Below, piece by piece: positions 1-8,287 of a stretch of 32,000 nucleotides of DNA. The stretch comes from Candidatus Methylomirabilis oxygeniifera. Lineage in GTDB: Bacteria; Methylomirabilota; Methylomirabilia; Methylomirabilales; Methylomirabilaceae. A program made the position numbers and the translations under genes. The first letter of the stretch is position 1. Each line of letters begins with the position of its first letter. The notes beneath the pieces were generated by a model, which saw only the letters and a list, made by a program, of their open reading frames with translations, was not told the origin of the DNA and ran no database searches. Location: contig FP565575.1 in the NCBI GenBank assembly GCA_000091165.1, forward strand, positions 2,010,001 to 2,042,000. Reading direction: 5' to 3'.

Positions 1-289
1 CCGCCGCGACAAACTCCTCGCGGTTGCTCGCCTCCCGCACGGCACTGGTGGCGACTACCGCGACGCACAGGGGGTTGAAACGACGGGCCGTCTCCGCGAA
101 CCTCCTGAGAACCACAAGACTTCGCCGGCTCGGTACATCCTGGAGCAGCCGGCTTGGCATCAACCCTTCACCGAGACGAGCGACCTCCTGTTCCTCGTGA
201 AGAATGGCGAAGCGATCTAAGCCTGTCGCTTCGGCGACAAGCAGGCGTAGCGTATTCGTACCTATATCAATGGCTGCGTAAATCGCCAT
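1..289 (-). CDS. Ppx/GppA-family exopolyphosphatase / guanosine pentaphosphate phosphohydrolase, N-terminal part; the C-terminus lies beyond the window edge
   Basis: Absent from the ORF track because it is edge-truncated. Reverse translation from the ATG (complement of 287-289) gives MAIYAAIDIGTNTLRLLVAEATG...CVAVVATSAVREASNREEF. It contains the DIGTN and ATSA(V/L)R motifs typical of ASKHA-fold Ppx/GppA phosphatases. Confidence 0.6.
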   Translation of the reverse strand, partial: MAIYAAIDIGTNTLRLLVAEATGLDRFAILHEEQEVARLGEGLMPSRLLQDVPSRRSLVVLRRFAETARRFNPLCVAVVATSAVREASNREEFVAA

Positions 290-306
290 TCGTAACTACT
301 CAGGTG

Positions 307-466
307 TTTAGGCTGTAGGCTGAAGGCTGTTAGTCATTGCGCATGGACCGAATCAAGGCGCCCAGAACCTTTTTGGTCTCCATCATTGTTGCGTCGCATT
401 TGGTATGGTCTCGCATGGCGCGTTCCTACAGTCTCACAGCCTATAGCCTAACAGCCTTCAGTCTAT
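307..466. repeat. Intergenic inverted-repeat element with arms made of tandem 7-nt units (AGGCTGT/AGGCTGA ... CCTTCAG/CCTACAG)
   Basis: Left arm 310-330 is three tandem heptamers: aggctgt aggctga aggctgt. A 14-nt perfect inverted repeat pairs ctgaaggctgttag (320-333) with ctaacagccttcag (448-461), 114 nt apart. The same unit type recurs at 21028-21125. Confidence 0.65.
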
Positions 467-490
467 CCACCTTGTAGTAGTTACCGTCAC

Positions 491-2290
491 TCAGTCCTCA
501 GCGCGGGACGCGTCTGCGGCGGCGTGCAGTCGACGAACCAGGCCGGCCTCAGGCTGAACGGTAATCGTCTTCTCCTGTGTGAGCAAGACGGCTCCCGGTG
601 CGGCAGCCTTCGGCTTCCTTAGAAATTTTCGCAAAACATAGTCTACCGGCACCTTGGCCTCCCCGCGCGCCCGGCTGTAGTAGGCGGCAAGTTGCGCCGC
701 TTCGCAGAGAGTCCTAGGGGGCGCCTGCTTCCCTTTCTGCAAGCGAACGAGGACATGTGAGCCGTGGATGCCCTGGGCGTGCAGCCACAGATCGTGTGAT
801 CGGGCCAGCCGCCAGGTCAGGTGATCGTTACCGGCCCCGTTTTTGCCGACCAGGATCGCTAGGCCATCAGAGGAGCAGAAGATGCGCGGTTCGGGGCCCT
901 CGGACTGCCGAACGCGCGGCGCTGCCGGCCCCTGGATAGGCCGACGCCTCGCCATACAGGCGAAGGCGGCATCAACCCGCTGCAACTCGCCCACATCTTT
1001 CGCCGTCTCTACCTGCTTCATCATCGTCTGCAGCGTACGGAGCCGCTTCGCGGTCTCTGCGAGACGCTCGCCGACAATCTGCGCGCCGCGCTTGGCCTTG
1101 CGGTGCAGGGCGAAATAGTGCTGAGCATTCTCCTCGAGAGAGCAGGCGGGATCCAGTTCAATCTGAAGCGCCCGCTGCGCGGAATCGGCGTAATCGACGA
1201 GTTCGACCATTTGCTGTCCGCGCCGAATGCCGGCCCGATTAGCCAGCAGAAGCCGACCCTTCCGGGCATGCAGTTCGCCGTCACGATAGAGAGTTGCCTC
1301 CCGCTCGAGTTCGGTCATAAGCCGCTCCGCCGCACCAACGTCGCTCTCTAAGCGGTGTAGCAACCCAGCTCGAAGCGTCTGCAGTCGCTCAATCTGCTCG
1401 CGGCTTTCGTGGTACGCAGCACATGCCTCAGCCATCGTGGAATAAGAAACCTGATGGTCATCGGGGACCGTGACAAGCGGAAAGGCTGCGACACCGAGGG
1501 GCTTTCCATCGCTTCCCATGAGAAGCCTGGGCTCGAATGCAGCGGTGGCCACACGGCCCATGAAATCGTAAAATGGCTTCCACAGAGCGTGCGCTTGCTC
1601 GTCGAATGAGGCGAGCGTCGAGAGGCCGGCACGGACCACCAGTTCCGCCGCCATCAATGGGCTGAATCCTGTGAAGCAGGTCGTGAGGATGCGCGCCGGT
1701 TCGACCCCTTCAGTGAGGCGCAGGCGGACCAGTTCAAGGAATTCGTTTTCCTGAACCAACCTGGGATCGACGCGGCCGCAATCGAGGGGAGGCTGATACG
1801 GCTCGCCCGGTCCCGGCGTCTCACCCCTCGCTCGTCCGGAGGCCGCGCGAAGGCGGTCGATGACCGTTCCAGCAGCTCGATCGACGAGGAAAAAGTTGCT
1901 CGCAGGCCCCAACATCTCTACATATAAGATCATAGCCGCCTCGCTTGTGGTGAGCCCCGTCGAACCAGGCAGCGGGCCGCTACGCATATGGATCGCCATG
2001 ATCCGATCCAGACCCACCTGCTCAACCCTCTCGATCACCGCCCCTTGTGTCTTTGACGCAACAAGGTCTCCAAACCTCGACGAGTGTGAAGCAGGCTTGC
2101 GCGGCGGTGAGAGCAACTCGATGCTGGGCGCGCCAGGCTTGACAGACAGCAGGAGTCCGTCCGGCCCTTGTCTCCTATGAAAGATCAGCAGCAGGCTCCA
2201 CTGATCGAGTTGTAGAGCGCGACCGATCGTAACACCCGGAAGGACGGCTCGCAGCTCTTGAATGATCGCGGCCAGGCAAAAGGCATCCAT
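491..2290 (-). CDS. rqcH: RqcH/FbpA-like NFACT-family protein (ribosome quality control; NFACT-N, coiled coil, NFACT-R/DUF814)
   Basis: The start is trimmed to the ATG at 2288-2290 (MDAFCLAAIIQELRAVLPG), a typical family N-terminus. The N-domain carries the motif EMLGPASNFFLVD. A long coiled-coil middle region follows. The C-terminal DUF814 signature is SSDGLAILVGKNGAGNDHLTWRLARSHDLWLHAQGIHGSHVLV. Confidence 0.7.
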   Translation of the reverse strand: MDAFCLAAIIQELRAVLPGVTIGRALQLDQWSLLLIFHRRQGPDGLLLSVKPGAPSIELLSPPRKPASHSSRFGDLVASKTQGAVIERVEQVGLDRIMAIHMRSGPLPGSTGLTTSEAAMILYVEMLGPASNFFLVDRAAGTVIDRLRAASGRARGETPGPGEPYQPPLDCGRVDPRLVQENEFLELVRLRLTEGVEPARILTTCFTGFSPLMAAELVVRAGLSTLASFDEQAHALWKPFYDFMGRVATAAFEPRLLMGSDGKPLGVAAFPLVTVPDDHQVSYSTMAEACAAYHESREQIERLQTLRAGLLHRLESDVGAAERLMTELEREATLYRDGELHARKGRLLLANRAGIRRGQQMVELVDYADSAQRALQIELDPACSLEENAQHYFALHRKAKRGAQIVGERLAETAKRLRTLQTMMKQVETAKDVGELQRVDAAFACMARRRPIQGPAAPRVRQSEGPEPRIFCSSDGLAILVGKNGAGNDHLTWRLARSHDLWLHAQGIHGSHVLVRLQKGKQAPPRTLCEAAQLAAYYSRARGEAKVPVDYVLRKFLRKPKAAAPGAVLLTQEKTITVQPEAGLVRRLHAAADASRAED

Positions 2291-2393
2291 GACACGCACT
2301 ATACCGAAGGGCGTACGGCCTGTAAAGGCCGGCTCGGCCGATGCGGATAACAACGGGGAACGCCTCCTCCTGGAAAAAATCATAGATAGGGAC

Positions 2394-2422
2394 TTGACAA
2401 GGCAGCAATAGGTGCATATACT
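2394..2422 (+). promoter_or_regulatory. Sigma-70-type promoter candidate for the MarR gene
   Basis: TTGACA (2394-2399), a 17-nt spacer, then TATACT (2417-2422), about 40 nt upstream of the GTG start at 2465. Confidence 0.45.
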
Positions 2423-2464
2423 CTCAATGTGAGGAGTCACCCAACAGAGTCAGGGGTAGCTTAA

Positions 2465-2881
2465 GTGGCCGCGTGTGCCTGTTCCAGTATTCGCAAGGCA
2501 GCACGGGCAGTCACAGAGCTCTATGACGGAATTCTGAAACCGAGCGGTTTGCGGGTAACTCAGTTCGCATTGCTACACGTCCTGGCAAGTGCGGGTTCGA
2601 CTACCATCACGCGCCTCGGTCAGATATTGGTCATAGACCGAACTACAATGACGCGCAACCTGAAGCCGCTAGTAAATCAGGGGTTGATCACGATCGAAGC
2701 GGGCCAGGATCAGCGCACGAGGGTGGTGACGCTGACACCCTCCGGTCGGGAGGCTCTGGCAAAGGCTTTGCCGCTTTGGGAAAAGGCTCAAACACGTGTC
2801 GTCGAAGGGCTGGGTCGCCAACGCTGGAGCACGTTACTGGCCGATTTGTCAGCGGTGATGGCCTTAGCCCGATTAGAGTGA
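2465..2881 (+). CDS. MarR-family winged-helix transcriptional regulator
   Basis: 138 aa. The segment LRVTQFALLHVLASAGSTTITRLGQILVIDRTTMTRNLKPLVNQGLI...DQRTRVVTLTPSGREAL is the canonical MarR wHTH region. Confidence 0.8.
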   Translation: MAACACSSIRKAARAVTELYDGILKPSGLRVTQFALLHVLASAGSTTITRLGQILVIDRTTMTRNLKPLVNQGLITIEAGQDQRTRVVTLTPSGREALAKALPLWEKAQTRVVEGLGRQRWSTLLADLSAVMALARLE

Positions 2882-3157
2882 GTTTTTTTTGTCATATAGG
2901 TGTATACACACTCATGTATGTGGCGAACTGAATAGTCGGTAACGGAGGATCCCGTGGCGAAGCTTGACGACCCCCCAGCCGCGAAACGTTTCTACGAGAC
3001 CGACAACGACCGTAAACCTTAACCCGTTTCATGACGGCGACAAAGGAGGTGGGAGCCGGCGGTCAAAACGAGAAAAGGAAGGGAACACGATTTGTAGCTC
3101 TACAGTAGTACCGTCTACGTCATGTAAATTGTTGAGAGCGTAAGGAGGAAGGATCAA

Positions 3158-3934
3158 ATGGCACAGTACAGGACGGAAGCTGCGCCGGCTAAGCGCGCCG
3201 AGTCAGTCGAGCAGATGTTTGGCTGGGGCACCTTCTTTAAATGTCAGATAGCTATTAGCATCTTCTACGTTATGATTCGGATTTACCAGCAGTACTTCTC
3301 CTGGTCGAAAGGCCTCGACTTCTTCTCCGAGGACTTCCGGATCTACTGGTGGAACATGTTGATCGGGGAGTTGATTATCGAGGGGGCGGTGCTGACCTTC
3401 GCCCTGGGGTACATCTGGAAGACTCGCGACCGGAACCTCGATAAAATTACGCCGGAGGAGGAGCTCAGGCGGTTCTGGGGTCTCGGGCAGTGGATCGCGA
3501 CGTTCGCCTGGGCGGTGTATTGGGGCGCCAGCTTCTTTACCGAGCAGGACGGGACGTGGCACCAGACGGTGATCCGCGATACGGACTTTACGCCGAGCCA
3601 CATCATTGAGTTCTATCTCAGCTACCCGATCTACATCATCATCGGGATTAGCGCCTACATGTGGGCCCGGACCCGACTCCCCCTATTTTCGAAGGCCCAC
3701 TCGATCCCGTTCATGCTCACGGTCGGCGGCCCTGCGATGATCTTTGTCAATGTCGCGCTGAACGAGTGGGGTCACACCTTCTGGATCATGGAAGAGCTGT
3801 TTGTGGCGCCGCTGCATTGGGGCTTTGTCACGCTGGGTTGGTGTCTGTTTGGGGTGTATGGCGTGGCGGCGGCGATGTGTCCGCGGATCTTTGAGTTGAT
3901 CAGGATCACCAGCGGTGGTAAGGCGACCGCGTAA
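3158..3934 (+). CDS. pmoC: Particulate methane/ammonia monooxygenase subunit C homologue (PmoC/AmoC family); an orphan copy with no pmoA or pmoB in the window
   Basis: 258 aa, polytopic membrane protein. The family signature is FTEQDGTWHQTVIRDTDFTPSHIIEFYLSYPIY. Ligand spacings D131-X3-H135-X12-H148 and N202-X3-H206-X13-H220 are intact. A strong RBS (GTAAGGAGGAAGG) precedes the ATG. Confidence 0.85.
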   Translation: MAQYRTEAAPAKRAESVEQMFGWGTFFKCQIAISIFYVMIRIYQQYFSWSKGLDFFSEDFRIYWWNMLIGELIIEGAVLTFALGYIWKTRDRNLDKITPEEELRRFWGLGQWIATFAWAVYWGASFFTEQDGTWHQTVIRDTDFTPSHIIEFYLSYPIYIIIGISAYMWARTRLPLFSKAHSIPFMLTVGGPAMIFVNVALNEWGHTFWIMEELFVAPLHWGFVTLGWCLFGVYGVAAAMCPRIFELIRITSGGKATA

Positions 3935-3990
3935 CGATACTCGTTGAGGATCGTTTTTTGAGGTCCCCAAAGTCTACATGACCAAATGTG

Positions 3991-4017
3991 GAGGGGGGTG
4001 GTTGCTCACCCCCCCTC
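3991..4017 (+). terminator. GC-rich hairpin between pmoC and the downstream gene; possible attenuator or terminator, but no U-tract follows
   Basis: gaggggggtg-gttgct-caccccccctc forms a 10-bp G/C stem with one bulge, 57 nt after the pmoC stop. Confidence 0.3.
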
Positions 4018-4117
4018 CCTAACTAAGCCCGGGGCCATCGCGGAGGGTCTCGATCAGACGGGGATTCGAGGGCGGAAAGGCCAAGAAGGGGCGAGGGGGA
4101 AGGAGGGAGGTAGGGTC

Positions 4118-4897
4118 ATGAAGTATGTAGCTGCGATTGGGTGTGCGATCCTGATGGCTGCGTCTGGAGTGTCGCAGGCATGGGCTCACGGTGGGGGTGG
4201 GATGGGCGGGATCACGGAGAGCGACCTCTGCTCAATGGAAAAGGGGCAGTATTTTATTCACTTCAGCGCCTATCAGCATGGGACGGTGGACCGGGCCTCA
4301 CAGCCGGCTCAGCTCAAAGAGCTTAAGGATGCGGACCTGAGGCGGTACGTGGATGCGATGAAGGAAGAGTTTCAATCCTACTGTCGGGATATTCCAAGAA
4401 CAGGAAAGGCGACGCTGACGTTTGATCTTATCAGCGATGCGTTTCGAAGGATCCCTGTGGCGGTCCGCGTCGTCGAGGCCTCTGAGCGTGAAGGGGGTGA
4501 AACGGTCCTGTATGTCCCCCAACAAGTCTATCCTTCCGGCGTCGTGAGGGCCGAGACCGATTTTGCGAAGGCCGGAAAGTATAGGGCGGTCGTAGAGGTG
4601 GAGGAGCAGGGCGGATTACACGGTGGTGGTGTCGACGCAGAGGCTGTCGTCAGCCACGTTCACGATGCCGCGGTGAGCGAGCAGCATACCAGTACAGCGG
4701 AAGAGGAGGCGTATCATGCACACGATTCGACCTTCAGCTTCCCCTTTACCGTCGGATTGAAGACACCCAGGGGGGGCGCGCGCGGTCCGTCCATGATGAG
4801 CAATCCGGCAATTTTGGTGACGGCGGTTGCCGGCGTGGGAATCGGCGCCGTGCTGTATGTGAGACGAAAAAAGAAAGCGGCCCAAACATACTCTTGA
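4118..4897 (+). CDS. Secreted, C-terminally membrane-anchored His-rich protein; candidate periplasmic metal (copper)-binding partner of PmoC
   Basis: The start is trimmed to the ATG at 4118, which is preceded by GGAAGGAGGGAGG. The Sec signal peptide is MKYVAAIGCAILMAASGVSQAWA|HGGGG, with an AxA cleavage site. The middle region is beta-rich. His clusters include HGGGVDAEAVVSHVHD and AYHAHD. The C-terminal TM helix is AILVTAVAGVGIGAVLYV, followed by RRKKK. Confidence 0.65.
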   Translation: MKYVAAIGCAILMAASGVSQAWAHGGGGMGGITESDLCSMEKGQYFIHFSAYQHGTVDRASQPAQLKELKDADLRRYVDAMKEEFQSYCRDIPRTGKATLTFDLISDAFRRIPVAVRVVEASEREGGETVLYVPQQVYPSGVVRAETDFAKAGKYRAVVEVEEQGGLHGGGVDAEAVVSHVHDAAVSEQHTSTAEEEAYHAHDSTFSFPFTVGLKTPRGGARGPSMMSNPAILVTAVAGVGIGAVLYVRRKKKAAQTYS

Positions 4898-4965
4898 CAA
4901 AAAATTAACCCCCTTACGATGATGGGGTGAATGCTCGTGAGAGGGTTTTATGTGTGGCCAGCGGG

Positions 4966-5190
4966 CCGAGCGTTAGGCTCTATTCGTTAGGCTGGTGGTG
5001 CCGGCGCCGACGGCGTACCTGGCGCAGCAATCGCAATGTCATTCATCCAAGATTCGGAAGTTTCATCCTTCTTGGGACCATCCTAATGGGCGCGGAGGTG
5101 ACCGCTTGCAACAAGCCGATCGGTTATAACTCTTGCGTGGAGTGCATGCTGTGCGTCTCCGCTTGCCCGGTGGGAGCGATCGGCGCGGAT
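4966..5190 (+). pseudogene. Remnant of an epoxyqueuosine-reductase (QueG)-like 4Fe-4S ferredoxin-domain gene
   Basis: SLGWW...NRNVIHPRFGSFILLGTILMGAEV...YNSCVECMLCVSACPVGAI resembles the central QueG block (GLGWIGKN..LI.P.FGS..FLGE....CG.C..C...CP..AI). It contains a perfect CX2CX2CX3CP motif. The N- and C-terminal parts of the family are missing, and the ORF tail runs into the uvrA 3' end. Confidence 0.4.
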
Positions 5191-5261
5191 GTGGCAGGTT
5201 CAATTTACTCGCCTCGGAACAGGCATCTTTCCCTTCCATTCACTCTTACCTTGACTGAACC

Positions 5262-7877
5262 TTACAGCACTCGTCTGAGAAACTGGCCGGTGTAGGAGTT
5301 CGGGTGGTCCGCTACCTCCTCCGGCCGTCCGGCCACGACGACCTGCCCCCCGTCGTCTCCGCCCTCCGGACCCAGGTCGATGATCCAGTCGGCCGTCTTG
5401 ATCACCTCCAGGTTGTGCTCGATCACCAGGACGGTGTTACCGGTGTCGGTCAGGCGGTGCAACACCTCCAGAAGCTGGCTGATATCGTGGAAGTGCAACC
5501 CGGTGGTCGGCTCATCCAGGATATACAGGGTCTGGCCGGTCCCCCGCTTGCTGAGTTCCCGTGAGAGCTTCACCCGCTGCGCCTCGCCGCCGGAGAGCGT
5601 TGTGGCCGACTGACCCAGTTTGATGTAACCCAGACCGACGTCGAAGAGTGTCTGGAGTTTTTCCTTGATCTTGGGGACGGGTTGGAAGAAGGCCAGCGCC
5701 TCTTCCACGGTCATATTCAATATGTCGGCAATGCTCTGACCCTTATACATGATCTCCAGCGTCTCCCGATCGTATCGCGCCCCCTTACAGACATCACAGG
5801 TCACGTGAACGTCGGGGAGGAAGTGCATCTCGATCTGGATCAGGCCGTCGCCCTGACAGGCCTCGCATCGACCGCCCTTGACATTAAAGCTGAAGCGGCC
5901 CGGCTTATAGCCTCGGATACGCGATTCCGGAACCAGCGCGTACAGCTCCCTGATGAGACTGAAGACCCCGGTGTAGGTGGCAGGATTGCTGCGTGGGGTG
6001 CGGCCGATGGGCGACTGATCGATGTCGATCACCTTATCGATATGTTCGGTGCCGAGAATCTTGTCGTGCGCCCCCGGTCGCTCCCGCGAGCCGTAAAGTT
6101 GCCGATCGAGCGCCCGCCGCAGGATCTCGTTCACCAGGGTACTCTTGCCGGAACCGGAGACGCCGGTCACGCAGGTCAATACCCCCAGGGGGATCTCCAC
6201 CTCGATGTTCTTGAGGTTGTGTTCTCGCGCCCCGACGATGGTCAGGATGCAACCGTTTCCTCTCCGCCGAAGAGCAGGAACAGGAATCGCCAGGCGTCCC
6301 GACAGATACTGACCCGTCAGCGAACTCTTATGTCGGATGATGTCACGGGGGCTACCGCACGCCACGACCCGCCCGCCGGACACCCCTGCCCCTGGCCCCA
6401 GGTCGATGACATAGTCGGCGTCGCGGATCGTCTCTTCGTCGTGCTCCACGACCAGAACGGTATTCCCCAGATCGCGGAGCCGCTTCAGGGTATCCAGAAG
6501 GCGAACATTATCCCGTTGGTGCAGACCGATGCTGGGCTCGTCCAGGATGTACAGGACGCCGACCAGCGAGCTGCCGATCTGCGTCGCCAAGCGGATCCGC
6601 TGCGCCTCGCCGCCGGCCAGGGTGGCCGCGGTCCGGTCCAGGGTCAGGTAGTCGAGGCCGACGTTCACGAGGAACGTCAGACGCTCCCGCAGCTCCTTCA
6701 GGATGCGGCGAGCGATCTCACGGTCTTTCTCGCTGAGTTCCAACTCCTGGAAGAACCGCAGCGCCGCCTTGACCGAATAGCGCGTCACGTCCGCGATCGA
6801 CTTGCCGTCTATTTTAATGGCCAGTGTCTCCCGCCTCAGGCGCGCTCCTTGACACGTCGGGCATGGGCGGATACTGGCCAACCGCTTGACGTAGTTCTCA
6901 ATCTCCTCCCGCACCTTGGAGGACGAGGTTTCCTTATAGCGTTGGTCCAGATAGTGGATGTTCGGACTCCCGTGCCACGGCTCCAAAATGCCGGGCAGAT
7001 CATCCATCCGACCGTCCAGTTTTGTGCCCAGGCCATCGCACGTAGGACAGGCGCCGTGCGGATTATTGAAGGAGAAGATGCGAGGGCTGATTTCCGGATA
7101 GCTGACGCCGCAGTCGATACAGGCCAGCCGCTCAGAGAAGGTCAGATCCTTCGATGGATCGAGGAGGTTGACGACCACAATCCCCTCGCTGAGTTTGAGC
7201 GCGGTCTCGAGCGAATCAGCCAGCCGTTTTCGAATATCCGCCTTCAGGATGAGCCGATCCACCACGACCTCGATTGTATGCTTCTTCTTCTTGTCGAGCT
7301 CGATTAACTCCTCAAGCTCCCGCAGCTTACCGTCGACACGGACGCGGACGAACCCCTGCCGGCGCAGGTCGGCAAAGACCTGGCGATACTCCCCCTTCCG
7401 CCCTCGTACGACCGGGGCCAGGACCTGGAACTTGCTTCCATCCGACAGCGCCATCACCTGGTCCACAATCTGCTGAACCGTCTGGGAGGTGATCGGCTTG
7501 CCGCAGGTGTAACAGTACGGCTTGCCGACCCTCGCAAACAGCAGGCGGAGGTAGTCGTAGATCTCCGTTACCGTCGCGACGGTCGAACGGGGGTTCTTGC
7601 TGGTGGTCTTCTGCTCGATAGAGATCGCCGGCGAGAGCCCCTCGATCAGATCCACGTCCGGTTTATCCATCTGCTCCAGGAACTGACGGGCGTAGGTAGA
7701 CAGCGACTCAACGTACCGACGCTGCCCCTCGGCATAGATGGTGTCAAAGGCCAGCGACGACTTCCCGGAACCGGACACGCCGGTGATAACCACCAGCTTG
7801 TCCCGAGGGATCTCCAGATCGATCGACTGAAGGTTATGCTCTCGTGCGCCACGAATCAGAATCTTATCGCTTGCCAT
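5262..7877 (-). CDS. uvrA: Excinuclease ABC subunit A (UvrA), with a shortened insertion domain
   Basis: 871 aa. Two ABC ATPase modules are present ([23 protein letters not shown]; [12 protein letters not shown]; [10 protein letters not shown]; [11 protein letters not shown]). The zinc-module cysteine pairs are also present. Confidence 0.95.
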   Translation of the reverse strand: MASDKILIRGAREHNLQSIDLEIPRDKLVVITGVSGSGKSSLAFDTIYAEGQRRYVESLSTYARQFLEQMDKPDVDLIEGLSPAISIEQKTTSKNPRSTVATVTEIYDYLRLLFARVGKPYCYTCGKPITSQTVQQIVDQVMALSDGSKFQVLAPVVRGRKGEYRQVFADLRRQGFVRVRVDGKLRELEELIELDKKKKHTIEVVVDRLILKADIRKRLADSLETALKLSEGIVVVNLLDPSKDLTFSERLACIDCGVSYPEISPRIFSFNNPHGACPTCDGLGTKLDGRMDDLPGILEPWHGSPNIHYLDQRYKETSSSKVREEIENYVKRLASIRPCPTCQGARLRRETLAIKIDGKSIADVTRYSVKAALRFFQELELSEKDREIARRILKELRERLTFLVNVGLDYLTLDRTAATLAGGEAQRIRLATQIGSSLVGVLYILDEPSIGLHQRDNVRLLDTLKRLRDLGNTVLVVEHDEETIRDADYVIDLGPGAGVSGGRVVACGSPRDIIRHKSSLTGQYLSGRLAIPVPALRRRGNGCILTIVGAREHNLKNIEVEIPLGVLTCVTGVSGSGKSTLVNEILRRALDRQLYGSRERPGAHDKILGTEHIDKVIDIDQSPIGRTPRSNPATYTGVFSLIRELYALVPESRIRGYKPGRFSFNVKGGRCEACQGDGLIQIEMHFLPDVHVTCDVCKGARYDRETLEIMYKGQSIADILNMTVEEALAFFQPVPKIKEKLQTLFDVGLGYIKLGQSATTLSGGEAQRVKLSRELSKRGTGQTLYILDEPTTGLHFHDISQLLEVLHRLTDTGNTVLVIEHNLEVIKTADWIIDLGPEGGDDGGQVVVAGRPEEVADHPNSYTGQFLRRVL

Positions 7878-7951
7878 AATGTGACTGACTCCTGCAGATC
7901 GTTCAGGCCCGGAAAAATGTTCAAAGGAGGACTCTCAAACAGCAATTTTTT

Positions 7952-7979
7952 ATTATAACTGATTTTTGCCGCCCCGCAA
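7952..7979 (-). promoter_or_regulatory. Sigma-70-type promoter candidate for uvrA
   Basis: On the minus strand: TTGCGG (complement of 7974-7979), a 16-nt spacer, then TATAAT (complement of 7952-7957), about 75 nt upstream of the uvrA ATG. Confidence 0.4.
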
Positions 7980-8053
7980 GGCGACGCAGCAGAGAGAGGC
8001 CCGGAACCCTACACCCCACGCTTGCAACCCGGCTCACTTGGTCCATATTTTCA

Positions 8054-8083
8054 TTGACAGGTAACGGCCGCCGTTGCCATTAT
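8054..8083 (+). promoter_or_regulatory. Sigma-70-type promoter candidate for tRNA-Leu
   Basis: TTGACA (8054-8059), an 18-nt spacer, then CATTAT (8078-8083). The predicted transcription start falls about 7 nt downstream, at the tRNA 5' end (8091). Confidence 0.45.
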
Positions 8084-8090
8084 ACAGCGG

Positions 8091-8176
<86 letters not shown>

Positions 8177-8287
8177 CGGTATATCTGTAGTGTCGCGATC
8201 GACAGTCCCCTTGACATCTTCGTACATCGCAATCGATTGTTCAGGTTATGCAATGGCACCGAAGGCGGCGCCCGAAACATCATCCGG

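Noticed and set aside
307-466. Heptad repeat arrays as a possible CRISPR array or mini-CRISPR
   Set aside because: The units are only 7 nt, directly tandem with no spacers, and arranged as inverted arms. No cas genes are present in the window.
2291-2440. 50-aa N-terminal extension of the RqcH-like ORF, and the similar extensions 3986-4117, 22109-22165, 24011-24085, 24706-24813 and 29253-29351
   Set aside because: In each case an internal ATG with a good Shine-Dalgarno sequence gives the family-typical N-terminus or signal peptide. The extensions are non-homologous or would overlap neighbouring genes.
2883-2890. A T8 run right after the MarR stop as an intrinsic terminator
   Set aside because: No convincing GC-rich stem precedes the T-run, so an intrinsic terminator cannot be supported.
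5682-7307. A 541-aa ORF on the plus strand, antisense to uvrA
   Set aside because: It lies entirely within and opposite a confidently identified conserved gene. Its translation is R/P/G/A-rich and low in complexity, as expected for antisense frames of GC-rich coding DNA, and it has no recognisable motif.
7878-7990. A LexA/SOS box in the uvrA promoter region
   Set aside because: No CTGT-N8-ACAG or other palindromic SOS-box-like motif is recognisable. Only a -35/-10 pair is seen.
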